Shown: piece after piece, positions 1 through 8,289 of the stretch
Layout of the letters: every line of letters starts with the position of its first letter
Numbering within the stretch: position 1 is the stretch's first letter
Program-made: the position numbers and the translations under genes
The notes under the pieces: model-generated
Told to the model about the DNA's origin: nothing
Database searches by the model: none
Seen by the model: the letters and a program-made list of their open reading frames with translations, nothing else
Source: Deltaproteobacteria bacterium
Lineage (GTDB): Bacteria; Desulfobacterota; Desulfovibrionia; Desulfovibrionales; Desulfovibrionaceae
DNA: 40,279 nt
Direction: 5' to 3'
Assembly: GCA_031280335.1 (NCBI GenBank)
Contig: JAITGZ010000041.1
Span: 1-40,279, forward strand

Positions 1-103
1 CATCGGCGGGATCACCCCTGCCATGAAGCTGAAGCAAGCGGCATAGGCTCTACTTTGAAGAGCTGCTAAAAAGGGGAGGATTACCAAAGACCTTATTTTT
101 CAG

Positions 104-898
104 TTGGGATATCTGCAAATGCACGCTTCGGAAAAAACTATTGCCGCTGTTTTGGACGAATTGGTAAAAATTATTCAGAGTTTGTACGATTTCAGTTCAA
201 CCGAAGAACAGAACAAACAGGAAGCAATGCCGGGTTTTTATTCTTCGCTCTCGGAATCTCTTTTCAAAATAGTTTCCACGCTTAAAACCGATTTATATGG
301 GCCAACAAGTAATCCGATTGCAAAAGAAAAAATGAACAATATTCTAAAAGAGTGCAAGCTGTTTGTGGAAACGGAGGCGCTTAATGGAAAGAAGTTACAG
401 CTATATTTTTGGGATGAACTCCGTAATCAGTTGAAAAATAAAGGATATAACACAATAGATACAGAAAAAAACTTTGCGCCTGATGTTAACGAATATTATG
501 CCCGTGTAAGAAACCGACATATAGATTACGGTTTTGATTTTGAAATTTACAAATTGCAGGATAATACACCTGTAATGTTTAGAATTGGGGTTGATAATAA
601 GTATTATTATGGTTTCCCTCGCTGGTTATACGAAAATGTAAAAGAGGAAAATAAGACGATAATAAGCCAATGTGTTGATAAAATGATAGGATTTAAATCT
701 GACCCTCACCCTTTATGGTTTGGGTGGAGATATTCTCCAAATTACCCTCTGGACTTTTGGAATTTGCGTAGCGAAGGCTTTAATGATCTTAAAGATAAAG
801 ATCCTCGTAAACGAGAAAAATATATTAAAGGTATTGCAAACGAGATAGACATGTATATCAAAGAATTTCGGAAAATTGCCAAAGAACAAAACATATAG
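104..898 (+). CDS. hypothetical protein, AT-rich orphan ORF (no family assignable)
   Basis: Uninterrupted 264-codon ORF (TTG at 104, first ATG at 119) ending in tandem stops TAG-TAA (896-901). The region is visibly AT-rich (about 35-40% GC by eye) against about 60% elsewhere. The product is K/N/Y/F/E-rich and has no motif I recognise. Confidence 0.6.
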   Translation: MGYLQMHASEKTIAAVLDELVKIIQSLYDFSSTEEQNKQEAMPGFYSSLSESLFKIVSTLKTDLYGPTSNPIAKEKMNNILKECKLFVETEALNGKKLQLYFWDELRNQLKNKGYNTIDTEKNFAPDVNEYYARVRNRHIDYGFDFEIYKLQDNTPVMFRIGVDNKYYYGFPRWLYENVKEENKTIISQCVDKMIGFKSDPHPLWFGWRYSPNYPLDFWNLRSEGFNDLKDKDPRKREKYIKGIANEIDMYIKEFRKIAKEQNI

Positions 899-901
899 TA
901 A

Positions 902-1010
902 ACAATGCGGCGGTGCAGCTCTGAAGGGCTTCATGTCTTGCACCCCGCCCTTCAGGACGGGATCGGGCTATTTCCGGCAAGGCCGGGGTCTCAGACCACA
1001 AAGGAACAGG
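902..1010 (+). repeat. GC-rich structured leader element, copy A (homologue at 32170-32330)
   Basis: A GC-rich ~109-nt block sits between two AT-rich genes. It aligns with 32170-32330 along its length (caatgcgg..gtg..cttcagggcttca.gtcttgc.ccccgcc..cttcagg.cggg..gctat.tccgg). Both copies end in an identical 28-nt core, aaggccggggtctcagaccacaaaggaa (979-1006), 4 nt before the ATG at 1011. Confidence 0.6.
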
Positions 1011-1499
1011 ATGAAGTCCTTTGTTGCCATAGATTTTGAAACCGCCAATCAACACCGCAGTATTTGCAGTGTGGGCGTTGTTATTGTAGATAACGGAATA
1101 ATTACCGACAAGTTTTATGAATTGGTCAAGCCAGAACCTAATTTTTTCTGTGGTTGGGCTACAGACTGCCATGGTTTAAGCAAAGCGGACACGGAAAATG
1201 CTAAAATATTCCCGGAAGTTTGGGCCCAAATAGCCGGTAAAATAAAGGGATTTGCCTTGGTTGCTCATAACAGTCCCTTTGACGAGGGCTGTTTAAAGAC
1301 AAATCACGCATTATACGACATGGAATATCCCAACTATCAATTCTACTGCACTTTACAAAAAGCAAGACAGGTAATACCGAACTTGCCCAATTATCAATTG
1401 CACACCGTTTCAGAATATTTAGGATTTAAGCTGGATAATCATCACCACGCGTTGGCCGATGCCGAAGCGTGCGCTTATATTGCAATGAAAATATTTTAA
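1011..1499 (+). CDS. DEDDh-type 3'-5' exonuclease (DnaQ/epsilon-like, stand-alone)
   Basis: The ATG at 1011 is preceded by AAAGGAA. The ~162-aa product carries three exonuclease motifs: FVAIDFETAN (ExoI), AHNSPFDEGCL (ExoII) and HHALADAEACAYI (ExoIII, DEDDh). The 876 start in the ORF track reads through the GC-rich element and is unlikely. Confidence 0.85.
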   Translation: MKSFVAIDFETANQHRSICSVGVVIVDNGIITDKFYELVKPEPNFFCGWATDCHGLSKADTENAKIFPEVWAQIAGKIKGFALVAHNSPFDEGCLKTNHALYDMEYPNYQFYCTLQKARQVIPNLPNYQLHTVSEYLGFKLDNHHHALADAEACAYIAMKIF

Positions 1500-1509
1500 A
1501 AATAAGGTG

Positions 1510-1531
1510 CCTTGGGGTTCCCTCCCCAGGG
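1510..1531 (-). terminator. candidate intrinsic terminator between convergent genes
   Basis: Hairpin ccttgggg-ttccct-ccccaggg (8-bp stem with one G.U pair) lies immediately after the TAA (1532-1534) of the minus-strand ORF. On the minus-strand RNA it is followed by a U-rich tract (cacc UUAUUUUUAAAAUAUUUU). Confidence 0.4.
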
Positions 1532-2119
1532 TTATAACGAGGCGGATTCCGGCACCGCTTCCTCGCAGGCGCGCATGGCCAGCAGGGTTTTTTCCATGAG
1601 AACTTCCAGTTCCCAGCCCAGCATGGCCGCGCCATTTTCTATCACCTCTCTGGAGCAGCCCGCCGCGAAATTTATGGTCTTGTATTTTTTCTTCAAAGAT
1701 TTCACTTCCATATCCTGAACGCTTTTGGAGGGGCGCATGAGGGCGGCCGCGCCGATGAGACCGGTCAGTTCGTCCACCGCGTACAGCACTTTTTCCATTT
1801 CATGCTCCGGCCTGACCTCCGCCGTCAGGCCGTAGCCGTGGCTGCACACCGCGTGAATCAGGGCCTCGCCCGCGCCGGCCGGGCGCAAAATTTCGGGCGC
1901 TTTGCGGCAATGCTCCTGCGGAAAACGCTCAAAATCCACATCGTGCAACAGACCGGCGAGGGCCCAAAAATCCTGATCCTCCGCGTAGCCCAGCTCCACC
2001 GCGAACCAGCGCATGACCCCCTCCAAAATCAGGGCATGGCGTAAATGAAATTCTTCCTGGTTATAGGCGCGTAATAATTCCCAGGCTTTATCCCGCGTCA
2101 GTTCAGTGCGCATGGTCAT
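1532..2119 (-). CDS. HD-domain phosphohydrolase-like protein (possible independent translation start inside the hemA reading frame)
   Basis: AAGGAG followed by 3 nt (TTT) and an ATG (2119) lies within the open frame. The product MTMRTELTRDKAWELL... contains LAGLLHDVD (HD motif) and a second His cluster, HAVCSHGYG. Confidence 0.45.
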   Translation of the reverse strand: MTMRTELTRDKAWELLRAYNQEEFHLRHALILEGVMRWFAVELGYAEDQDFWALAGLLHDVDFERFPQEHCRKAPEILRPAGAGEALIHAVCSHGYGLTAEVRPEHEMEKVLYAVDELTGLIGAAALMRPSKSVQDMEVKSLKKKYKTINFAAGCSREVIENGAAMLGWELEVLMEKTLLAMRACEEAVPESASL

Positions 2120-3511
2120 AAACTCCTTTCGGTCGGCCGCGTGAGCGCCGTATCCTGTTTTGCGCCGGATGATCTTAGAGACGGTCTCGTGCCGTTTGTG
2201 GCGGCCATGCACAAGCTCCGCCGTCCTTTCCTCATCCAGGCCGAAAAGCCGGCGTACCATGTCGGCATACTGCGCGCCGCCTTCGTCTTCGGCCAATTTT
2301 TTTAGAAAAACTATGGGTTTATGATTGATCTTTTTGACAATGGCTTCCAGCATCTGTTCCAATGCCTGGGTTTCTTTGAGGCCCAGCTCCAGCCGCCGTG
2401 AGGTACGCGCCCATTCTTCGCGTATGATGCGCTCTGAATGTTGCAGCAAGGCCACAATGGTGGGCTGCACCTCCAGCGCCTCCAGCCAGCGGCGGAACTT
2501 GCGCGTCTCCTCCTCCACAATATCCGCGGCCTTTACGGCCTCTTCGCGCCGTTGGGCCAGATTCTCCTCCACCACTTCCTTGAGATCGTCTATGTCGTAG
2601 AGGTATATGTTGTCCAGACTGTTCACGCCGGGATCAATGTCACGCGGCACGGCGATGTCAATGAAAAACATGGGGCGGTTTTTGCGTTTTTTCATCACCC
2701 CGGCCATGTCTTCCGCCCGGATGATCGCCTCGGACGCGCCGGTGGAGCTGATGACAATATCCACTTCCGGCAGGTAGTTGACCAATTCTTCAAAAGGCAC
2801 ATCCCTTCCGCCGTAGCGCGCGGCCAGTTCCACCGCCCTTGCCCGGGTGCGGTTGGCCACCAGGATGGATTTAATGCCCGCGTTCATCAGGTGGGTGGCG
2901 GACAACTCAGCCATTTCACCCGCTCCTATGAGCATGGCCTGATAAGATGACATATCGCCGAAAATGCGCTTGGCCAACTCCACCGCCGCATAGCTCACGG
3001 AGACGGCGGCGGCGGCCACCCCGGTTTCACTGCGCACCCTTTTGGCCGCATAAAAGGCGTGATGCAGCAGACGGTTCAGGATCGTCCCGGTACTGCCCGA
3101 CTCCAGGGCGTTTTTATAGGCATCCTTAAGCTGCCCTAGAATCTGCGGTTCGCCCAGAATCATGGAATCCAGACTGGAGGCCACTGAAAACAGGTGACGC
3201 ACCGCCTCATCTTCTTGGCGTACATAGACAAAAGGGCGCAAATCTTCCGTCTTGCCGCCCCTGGCGGCAGCCCAGATGGCAAGGAGCGTTTCCGCCAGTT
3301 CATCGCCTTTGCCCGCAGCCAGTATTTCCACCCGGTTGCAGGTGGAAAGCGCCATGACTTCGCGAATGGGAGATGAAGCGCGTTTTTCAGCGCCAACGGG
3401 CAAAAAAAGGGTGTTTTCCAAAAAATCAGAGCCGGCCAGGGCAAAGGTTTCGCGCGTTTCCACCCCGGCAGTGCGGTGGTTCAAACCAACCAGGCAAAGG
3501 CCTTTGCCCAT
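1532..3511 (-). CDS. hemA: glutamyl-tRNA reductase (HemA) continuing in frame, without a stop codon, into a C-terminal HD-domain module
   Basis: The ATG at 3511 lies 2 nt after the stop of the upstream gene and starts MGKGLCLVGLNHRTAGVETRE. Other HemA marks are the active-site STCNRVEI and the NADPH fold LIGAGEMAEL. The longer track ORF (3733) overlaps the upstream gene. The HemA-like part is ~464 aa, then the frame stays open for another 195 aa down to 1532. Confidence 0.85.
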   Translation of the reverse strand: MGKGLCLVGLNHRTAGVETRETFALAGSDFLENTLFLPVGAEKRASSPIREVMALSTCNRVEILAAGKGDELAETLLAIWAAARGGKTEDLRPFVYVRQEDEAVRHLFSVASSLDSMILGEPQILGQLKDAYKNALESGSTGTILNRLLHHAFYAAKRVRSETGVAAAAVSVSYAAVELAKRIFGDMSSYQAMLIGAGEMAELSATHLMNAGIKSILVANRTRARAVELAARYGGRDVPFEELVNYLPEVDIVISSTGASEAIIRAEDMAGVMKKRKNRPMFFIDIAVPRDIDPGVNSLDNIYLYDIDDLKEVVEENLAQRREEAVKAADIVEEETRKFRRWLEALEVQPTIVALLQHSERIIREEWARTSRRLELGLKETQALEQMLEAIVKKINHKPIVFLKKLAEDEGGAQYADMVRRLFGLDEERTAELVHGRHKRHETVSKIIRRKTGYGAHAADRKEFMTMRTELTRDKAWELLRAYNQEEFHLRHALILEGVMRWFAVELGYAEDQDFWALAGLLHDVDFERFPQEHCRKAPEILRPAGAGEALIHAVCSHGYGLTAEVRPEHEMEKVLYAVDELTGLIGAAALMRPSKSVQDMEVKSLKKKYKTINFAAGCSREVIENGAAMLGWELEVLMEKTLLAMRACEEAVPESASL

Positions 3512-3513
3512 GG

Positions 3514-4353
3514 TCAAATCACCGCCGCCGCGCTGAAACCGTGGCGGGTGGGCATAAATAGATTCACCCCCAGGAGCGAGAACAAAGATATGCTGAAGAT
3601 GGCTATGAGCAGCAGGGCCGCCTTGCGTCCACGCCAGCCGCGCACGATCCGGAGGTAAAAGGTAACGGCGTATAAAAACCAGACAAAGAGCGAAAAAATT
3701 TCTTTGGGGTCCCATCCGCCGCTGCCGCTCCATACTTGGGGCGCCCAGATAAAACCCGCGGCTATGCCCAAGGTGTACAAAGGAAAGCCGAAGATCACCG
3801 CCAGATGGTTAAGGCGGTCATAAACGCCCAGGGCAGGCAGTTCGCGGTCAAATTCCGTAAACTTGGCCTTGGATTTAAGTTTGCGATCCATATGCAAAAA
3901 AAGCAGGGCCGCCCCAAAGGCCAGGGCCAGCAGCCCCAGGCTGGCGTATAGGGGACCTATGTGCAGGATGATGAAAAGCTCCTTCAATGCCCCGGGCATT
4001 TCCACCTGAGCCCCATCGGATTTGCAGAAAGCCAAAATAAAAAGCAGCAGGGCCAGGGGTGAGGCGGTTACGGAAATGAAGCCGGATTTAAGCACCTTCC
4101 AACCCGCAAAATAGGCCAGGAGTATGCTCCAGGCCAACAGTTGCAAAAAATGGCCGCGCGAGAGGTCCTCCGGAGGAGTGAGCAGGATGACGCCCATCGC
4201 CAGCAGGGTGTGCAGGGCTAAGCCGGCCCAGGTGGACATGGCACCCATAAGCCTGACCCGCGCTTTGGAGGCGGATATGCCCCAAAAAACGCCGGCGCTG
4301 CCCAGGGCGTACAGCAGGATGACCAGGGTGGACAGAACATTAGTAAAGGCCAT
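3514..4353 (-). CDS. cytochrome c assembly family membrane protein (CcsA/HemX-like)
   Basis: Polytopic hydrophobic product with a W-rich segment (WAPQVWSGSGGWDPKE) typical of CcsA/HemX-type proteins. It sits between sirC and hemA, as in hemA-hemX operons. The ATG at 4353 has GAGGA 8 nt upstream; the track start at 4368 is a TTG. Confidence 0.7.
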   Translation of the reverse strand: MAFTNVLSTLVILLYALGSAGVFWGISASKARVRLMGAMSTWAGLALHTLLAMGVILLTPPEDLSRGHFLQLLAWSILLAYFAGWKVLKSGFISVTASPLALLLFILAFCKSDGAQVEMPGALKELFIILHIGPLYASLGLLALAFGAALLFLHMDRKLKSKAKFTEFDRELPALGVYDRLNHLAVIFGFPLYTLGIAAGFIWAPQVWSGSGGWDPKEIFSLFVWFLYAVTFYLRIVRGWRGRKAALLLIAIFSISLFSLLGVNLFMPTRHGFSAAAVI

Positions 4354-5020
4354 GCAGTAAATCCTCAATATGCTTATGCAGGGTTTCGGGCAGAATCTCC
4401 CGCAAAATACGCCCCGCCGCCGCGCCGTCTTTACGCCTCAAAGCCGCCCCCAGCCCGGAACCGGCCACGGCCCGGAACAAATCCCTGTTGCTTCCGGCAT
4501 CATTCCCTTCAGCCAGGGCAGGCTGACGCAGGCGCCCCAGCAGCAGCAGCAAAGGCCGGTAATGCTCCGCATACCAGGCTTGCAGTTCCCGCCGCATGAT
4601 CCGGGCCAAGGCGGGGCTTTGCCCTCCGGTGGACAGGGCCAGGGCAAAAGCGCCGTCATGAAAATGGGAGGGCACTATAAAATCACCCTCTTCCGGCGCG
4701 TCCGCCACATTGCAGGGTATGCCGCGCTCCCGGCAGAACAGGGCCAGACGGTGGTTGGCCCCGGCGGAGCCGGAGGCCGCGAACACCAAAGCGCAGCCCT
4801 CGGCATCTTCCGGCACCGCCTCGCGCCGCGCATACTCCACCGCCGGGTGGAGACGCAGGGCCTCAGGCAAATCCCTGGCGTCCACCGCCGGATCCAGCCA
4901 TAACAGACTTGCGGGGCCAGCCGCAAGGATATCGCCCGCCTTGCGCCGCCCCACTTCGCCGGCCCCGGCCAAAAGCACCCGCGCCCGGCTCAAATCCAAA
5001 AACAAAGGGTAATAACGCAT
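4340..5020 (-). CDS. sirC: precorrin-2 dehydrogenase / sirohydrochlorin ferrochelatase (siroheme synthase N-terminal domain type)
   Basis: N-terminus MRYYPLFLDLSRARVLLAGAGEVGRRKA matches the CysG-N/SirC Rossmann signature. It is the first gene of the hemA cluster and overlaps the next gene. Confidence 0.8.
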   Translation of the reverse strand: MRYYPLFLDLSRARVLLAGAGEVGRRKAGDILAAGPASLLWLDPAVDARDLPEALRLHPAVEYARREAVPEDAEGCALVFAASGSAGANHRLALFCRERGIPCNVADAPEEGDFIVPSHFHDGAFALALSTGGQSPALARIMRRELQAWYAEHYRPLLLLLGRLRQPALAEGNDAGSNRDLFRAVAGSGLGAALRRKDGAAAGRILREILPETLHKHIEDLLHGLY

Positions 5021-5085
5021 GCGCCTTTATATACCCGGACGGACGCCTTGTAAAATATGAGCAATCTATTGAAATACCACATCTA

Positions 5086-5229
5086 AGGAAACACTGATTA
5101 ATTCGGGGATCCGCCCCGAACCCCGCTGGGGGAATAAGAAAGGGGCATGTTCACCCAGGCGTTGCTTTACCTCTGCCATCCATCTGCACAACGGCAAAGC
5201 ACCCTCAAGAGAATAAATCAGCGTTTCCT
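5086..5229. mobile_element. MITE-like element, copy 1 (~144 bp, imperfect terminal inverted repeats, TA flanks)
   Basis: The ends aggaaacactgattaattc / gaataaatcagcgtttcct are imperfect inverted repeats. TA lies on both sides (5084-5085 and 5230-5231). Near-identical copies are at 21964-22195 and 31760-31904. Confidence 0.75.
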
Positions 5230-5318
5230 TAAAAACAGGCAGCTTCACCTCCCAAATTCGTTCTATCGCAATGTGGCTTTTCGTGCTATGTCTCACGGCG
5301 TGAGGGGAGGCGTGGGCA

Positions 5319-5993
5319 ATGAACCAAGAGAACCGCGATGCTCAGGGACGCCCCGTGCGGGACAGAGCATTGCCTTTTGTGAAGGCGTTCTTTCCTGCGG
5401 CGCGGGCGTTCAGCGTGCCGGACAAGGAGGCGGGAGATATTCCGGACCGGGAAGCTTGCGCGGCTTTATGGGATAAATACGCCATGCCCGCGCATATCCG
5501 CGCCCATTCCCGTCAAGTGGCCATGATTGTGGAGCATTTGGAGGGGTTTGTGCGTGCTGCGGGCATCAGGCTGGACCCTGCCTTGCTTATGGCCGGGGCG
5601 CTTCTGCATGACATCGCCAAGGCCTACACCATAAGCTTCGGCGGCAACCACGCCCAGTTGGGCGCGGCCTGGATGGCGCGTGAGGGTATAAGCCCTCGTG
5701 CGGCCCAGATGATTCTGCACCACGTACACTGGCCCTGGCAACTGGATATACGCAATGAAAGCATGCTGCCCAGCCTGATTCTGGTTTACGCGGACAAGCG
5801 GGTGCTGCATGACGCGGTGGTCGGTCTGGAAGAACGCTTTAAAGACCTGACCCGGCGTTACGGACATACGGAACGGATACGCATGTTCATCGCCTCGTCC
5901 ATGGCCCAGGGGCGAGACCTGGAGCATTTGTTATCTGAACTTTCGGGAGTGCGGCTGGATGAATATTCTTTTGATTGCGGGCGGCTGGTCTGA
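5319..5993 (+). CDS. HD-domain protein
   Basis: 224-aa ORF with GGGAGG upstream of the ATG. It contains ALLHDIAKAY (HD motif) and HHVHWPW. It overlaps the ddl start by 35 nt, suggesting co-transcription. Confidence 0.75.
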   Translation: MNQENRDAQGRPVRDRALPFVKAFFPAARAFSVPDKEAGDIPDREACAALWDKYAMPAHIRAHSRQVAMIVEHLEGFVRAAGIRLDPALLMAGALLHDIAKAYTISFGGNHAQLGAAWMAREGISPRAAQMILHHVHWPWQLDIRNESMLPSLILVYADKRVLHDAVVGLEERFKDLTRRYGHTERIRMFIASSMAQGRDLEHLLSELSGVRLDEYSFDCGRLV

Positions 5994-6954
5994 GGAACGG
6001 GACGTTTCCCTGCGCGGAGCCGGAGTCCTGGAGGCTGCCCTGCTCCGCTTGGGGCACAAGGTAAAACGCTTTGATCCTGAACACAGCTTTGACGGTCTAT
6101 TTGAGGCCGTCGCGGGGCAGGATTTCGCCTTTATCAATCTTCACGGCGCGCCGGGTGAGGATGGGCTGCCTCAGAGTCTGCTGGAAATCATCGGCCTGCC
6201 TTACCAGGGGTCAGGGCCGGCCGGGTCCTTCATAGCCCTGGACAAGGCCGCCGCCAAGGCGGTCTTTCGCCGCGCCGGTCTCCCCACGCCGGAGTGGCAC
6301 ATGTTGCCGCGCCGTCCGGCGGCGGAGTGGGAGCCGGCTTTCACCTATCCGGTTTTTGTCAAAAAGAACACCGGCGGTTCCAGCCTGGGACTGGTCAAGG
6401 CGCATAATCGTCATGAGCTTGCGGCGGCACTGGATGGTCTGTTTGCGGGCGGCGATGGGGTCATCGTGGAGCCGGCCTGTGCCGGGCAGGAACTAACCTG
6501 CGCCGTTTTGGCGGAACTGGAAGAAAAAGACGGCCTTATGCGTGAAAAACCGCTGGCCCTGCCGCCCATTTTGATTCGCCCCCTGCGCAATACAGAGGGC
6601 ATTTTTGACTATGCCAGCAAGTACGCCGCCAGCGGGGCGGAGGAGCTATGCCCCGCCCCCTTGCCCCAGCCCCTGCTGGAACGGGCGGGACAGTACGCCC
6701 TGGCCGCCCACCGGGCTTTGGGTCTTCGCGGCTACAGCCGTACGGATTTTATCCTGGGGGCGGACGGTTCCCTGACCATACTTGAAATCAACACCCTGCC
6801 CGGCATGACTGAGGCCAGCTTGCTGCCCAAGGCGGCTGCGGCGGCAGGCCTTGATTTTGACCAACTTATCCGCCGCCTGCTGGATCTGGGTTTGGCCGCG
6901 CACAGATCAAAACCCCGCCCCGGTACCGCCGGGACGGGGGAGGTTGAGGCTTAA
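5959..6954 (+). CDS. ddl: D-alanine--D-alanine ligase
   Basis: N-terminus MNILLIAGGWSEERDVSLRGA, ATP-grasp core and C-terminal LEINTLPGMT, all characteristic of Ddl. Length 331 aa. Confidence 0.9.
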   Translation: MNILLIAGGWSEERDVSLRGAGVLEAALLRLGHKVKRFDPEHSFDGLFEAVAGQDFAFINLHGAPGEDGLPQSLLEIIGLPYQGSGPAGSFIALDKAAAKAVFRRAGLPTPEWHMLPRRPAAEWEPAFTYPVFVKKNTGGSSLGLVKAHNRHELAAALDGLFAGGDGVIVEPACAGQELTCAVLAELEEKDGLMREKPLALPPILIRPLRNTEGIFDYASKYAASGAEELCPAPLPQPLLERAGQYALAAHRALGLRGYSRTDFILGADGSLTILEINTLPGMTEASLLPKAAAAAGLDFDQLIRRLLDLGLAAHRSKPRPGTAGTGEVEA

Positions 6955-6964
6955 GTCCGTCCAT

Positions 6965-8269
6965 ATGCTGCTCCATTTATACCGCCTGCTCTGGAAAATA
7001 GCCCGCCCGGCCTTACGCCTGCACCGGCGCCTGGGCGACGGCTTTGAACATCGTCTGGTTCCTCCGCGCTGGCCCTTGCCCCAGGAGGGACGGGGGGATG
7101 GGACAGGCGCGCCGCGCAGGCTCTGGCTGCATTCGGCCTCCGGTGGCGAGGCTTACCTGGTTTATGAATTACTGCATATATTGTCCGCCTGGCCGGGAGG
7201 CACCTGCGACGCGCTGCTCTGCACCAGTTGCACCCGCCAGGGCCTGGAGATTCTTCAGCGGGCGCAACGGGAGTTGCAGCGCGAAGATTGGCGCATGGAT
7301 GTAAACTATTTGCCTCTGGATGAGCTTGATCTCATGCGCCGGGCCGTGCGCCAGGCCTTTGGGCCGCCCGCCGTCCCCGGCGGGCCCAAGGTGCTGGCCT
7401 TGCTGGAAACAGAGCTTTGGCCCGGCCTGCTTCAGGCCTGCCGGGAGTATGGCGCGCATGTTATTATTCTTAACGGGCGTTTGACAGAAGGTTCTTTCAG
7501 GGCTTACCGGTTTATGCGCCCGGCCTTGCGCCGGATCGCTCCGGAGCGCATTCTGGCTGTCAGCCCTGAAAACCTGGAGCGCTTCCGCCTTCTTTTCGGT
7601 CCAAAGACCTCCTGCTCCCTAATGCCCAATATCAAATTTGACCGGGCGGCGAACGCGCCAGACGCCCTTGCCCTGAACTGTGGAGATCGGTATAATCCGG
7701 TCATTGCTCTGGCCTCCATACGTGAAGAGGAAGAAGAGCTGATTCTTCCAGTCTTGGGGGAACTGCTTCGCCTGGAGCCGCGCTGCATCCCGGTGCTGGC
7801 CCCACGCCATCTGCACCGCCTGGAGGCGTGGGAAAAACGCCTGCGGAATCAGCGGCTGGATTTTATCCGGGCCTCTTCCGGGGTGGATTGGGAGCAGGGG
7901 GGGCGCATTGTACTCTGGGACAGCTTTGGTCAGCTGCACCGTCTTTATGCCTTGGCTGGCACCGTTTTTGTGGGGGGGAGCCTTGCGCCGCTGGGCGGGC
8001 AGAATTTTCTGGAGCCGCTGAACTATGGCTTGATCCCCTGTGTGGGGCGTTTTTGGGACAATTTCGCCTGGGTGGGCGAAGAATTATTTGAATTGGGCCT
8101 GGCCCGCCGGGTACAGGATGCCGGCGAGCTGCCCCCGATGCTTCTGGAACAATTGAAGTCTCCTCCGGACAAGGCACTGGTACGCGAACGCTTTACCGGC
8201 TATGTTGCTCCCCGCCGGGGCGGAACCCGCCAGGCTGCGGAGGCGCTGCGGGTTCTTTTGCAAGAATAA
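6965..8269 (+). CDS. waaA: 3-deoxy-D-manno-octulosonic acid (Kdo) transferase
   Basis: The ATG at 6965 (MLLHLYRLLWKIARPAL) gives ~434 aa. Features are LWLHSASGGE (the WxHxxSxGE-type N-terminal motif) and C-terminal GGSLAPLGGQNFLEP. The track start at 6851 overlaps ddl. Confidence 0.8.
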   Translation: MLLHLYRLLWKIARPALRLHRRLGDGFEHRLVPPRWPLPQEGRGDGTGAPRRLWLHSASGGEAYLVYELLHILSAWPGGTCDALLCTSCTRQGLEILQRAQRELQREDWRMDVNYLPLDELDLMRRAVRQAFGPPAVPGGPKVLALLETELWPGLLQACREYGAHVIILNGRLTEGSFRAYRFMRPALRRIAPERILAVSPENLERFRLLFGPKTSCSLMPNIKFDRAANAPDALALNCGDRYNPVIALASIREEEEELILPVLGELLRLEPRCIPVLAPRHLHRLEAWEKRLRNQRLDFIRASSGVDWEQGGRIVLWDSFGQLHRLYALAGTVFVGGSLAPLGGQNFLEPLNYGLIPCVGRFWDNFAWVGEELFELGLARRVQDAGELPPMLLEQLKSPPDKALVRERFTGYVAPRRGGTRQAAEALRVLLQE

Positions 8270-8289
8270 AAACAAGGGGTATCCGGATT

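Noticed and set aside
1-69. 3' end of an upstream plus-strand gene at the left edge (frame 2 ends at the TAG at 44-46; frame 1 ends at the TAA at 67-69)
   Set aside because: Too short to choose a frame or assign any function.
876-1010. N-terminal extensions given by the ORF track (876 for the exonuclease; likewise 3733 hemA, 6851 waaA, 13982 NrfD-like, 16320 M20, 22155 dctQ, 23325 dctP, 26019 E2, 28423 activator, 37776 purD, 39062 trmI)
   Set aside because: The extensions run through repeats, intergenic elements or the preceding gene, and they lack an RBS. Internal ATG/GTG codons with good Shine-Dalgarno spacing give products that start where homologues start.
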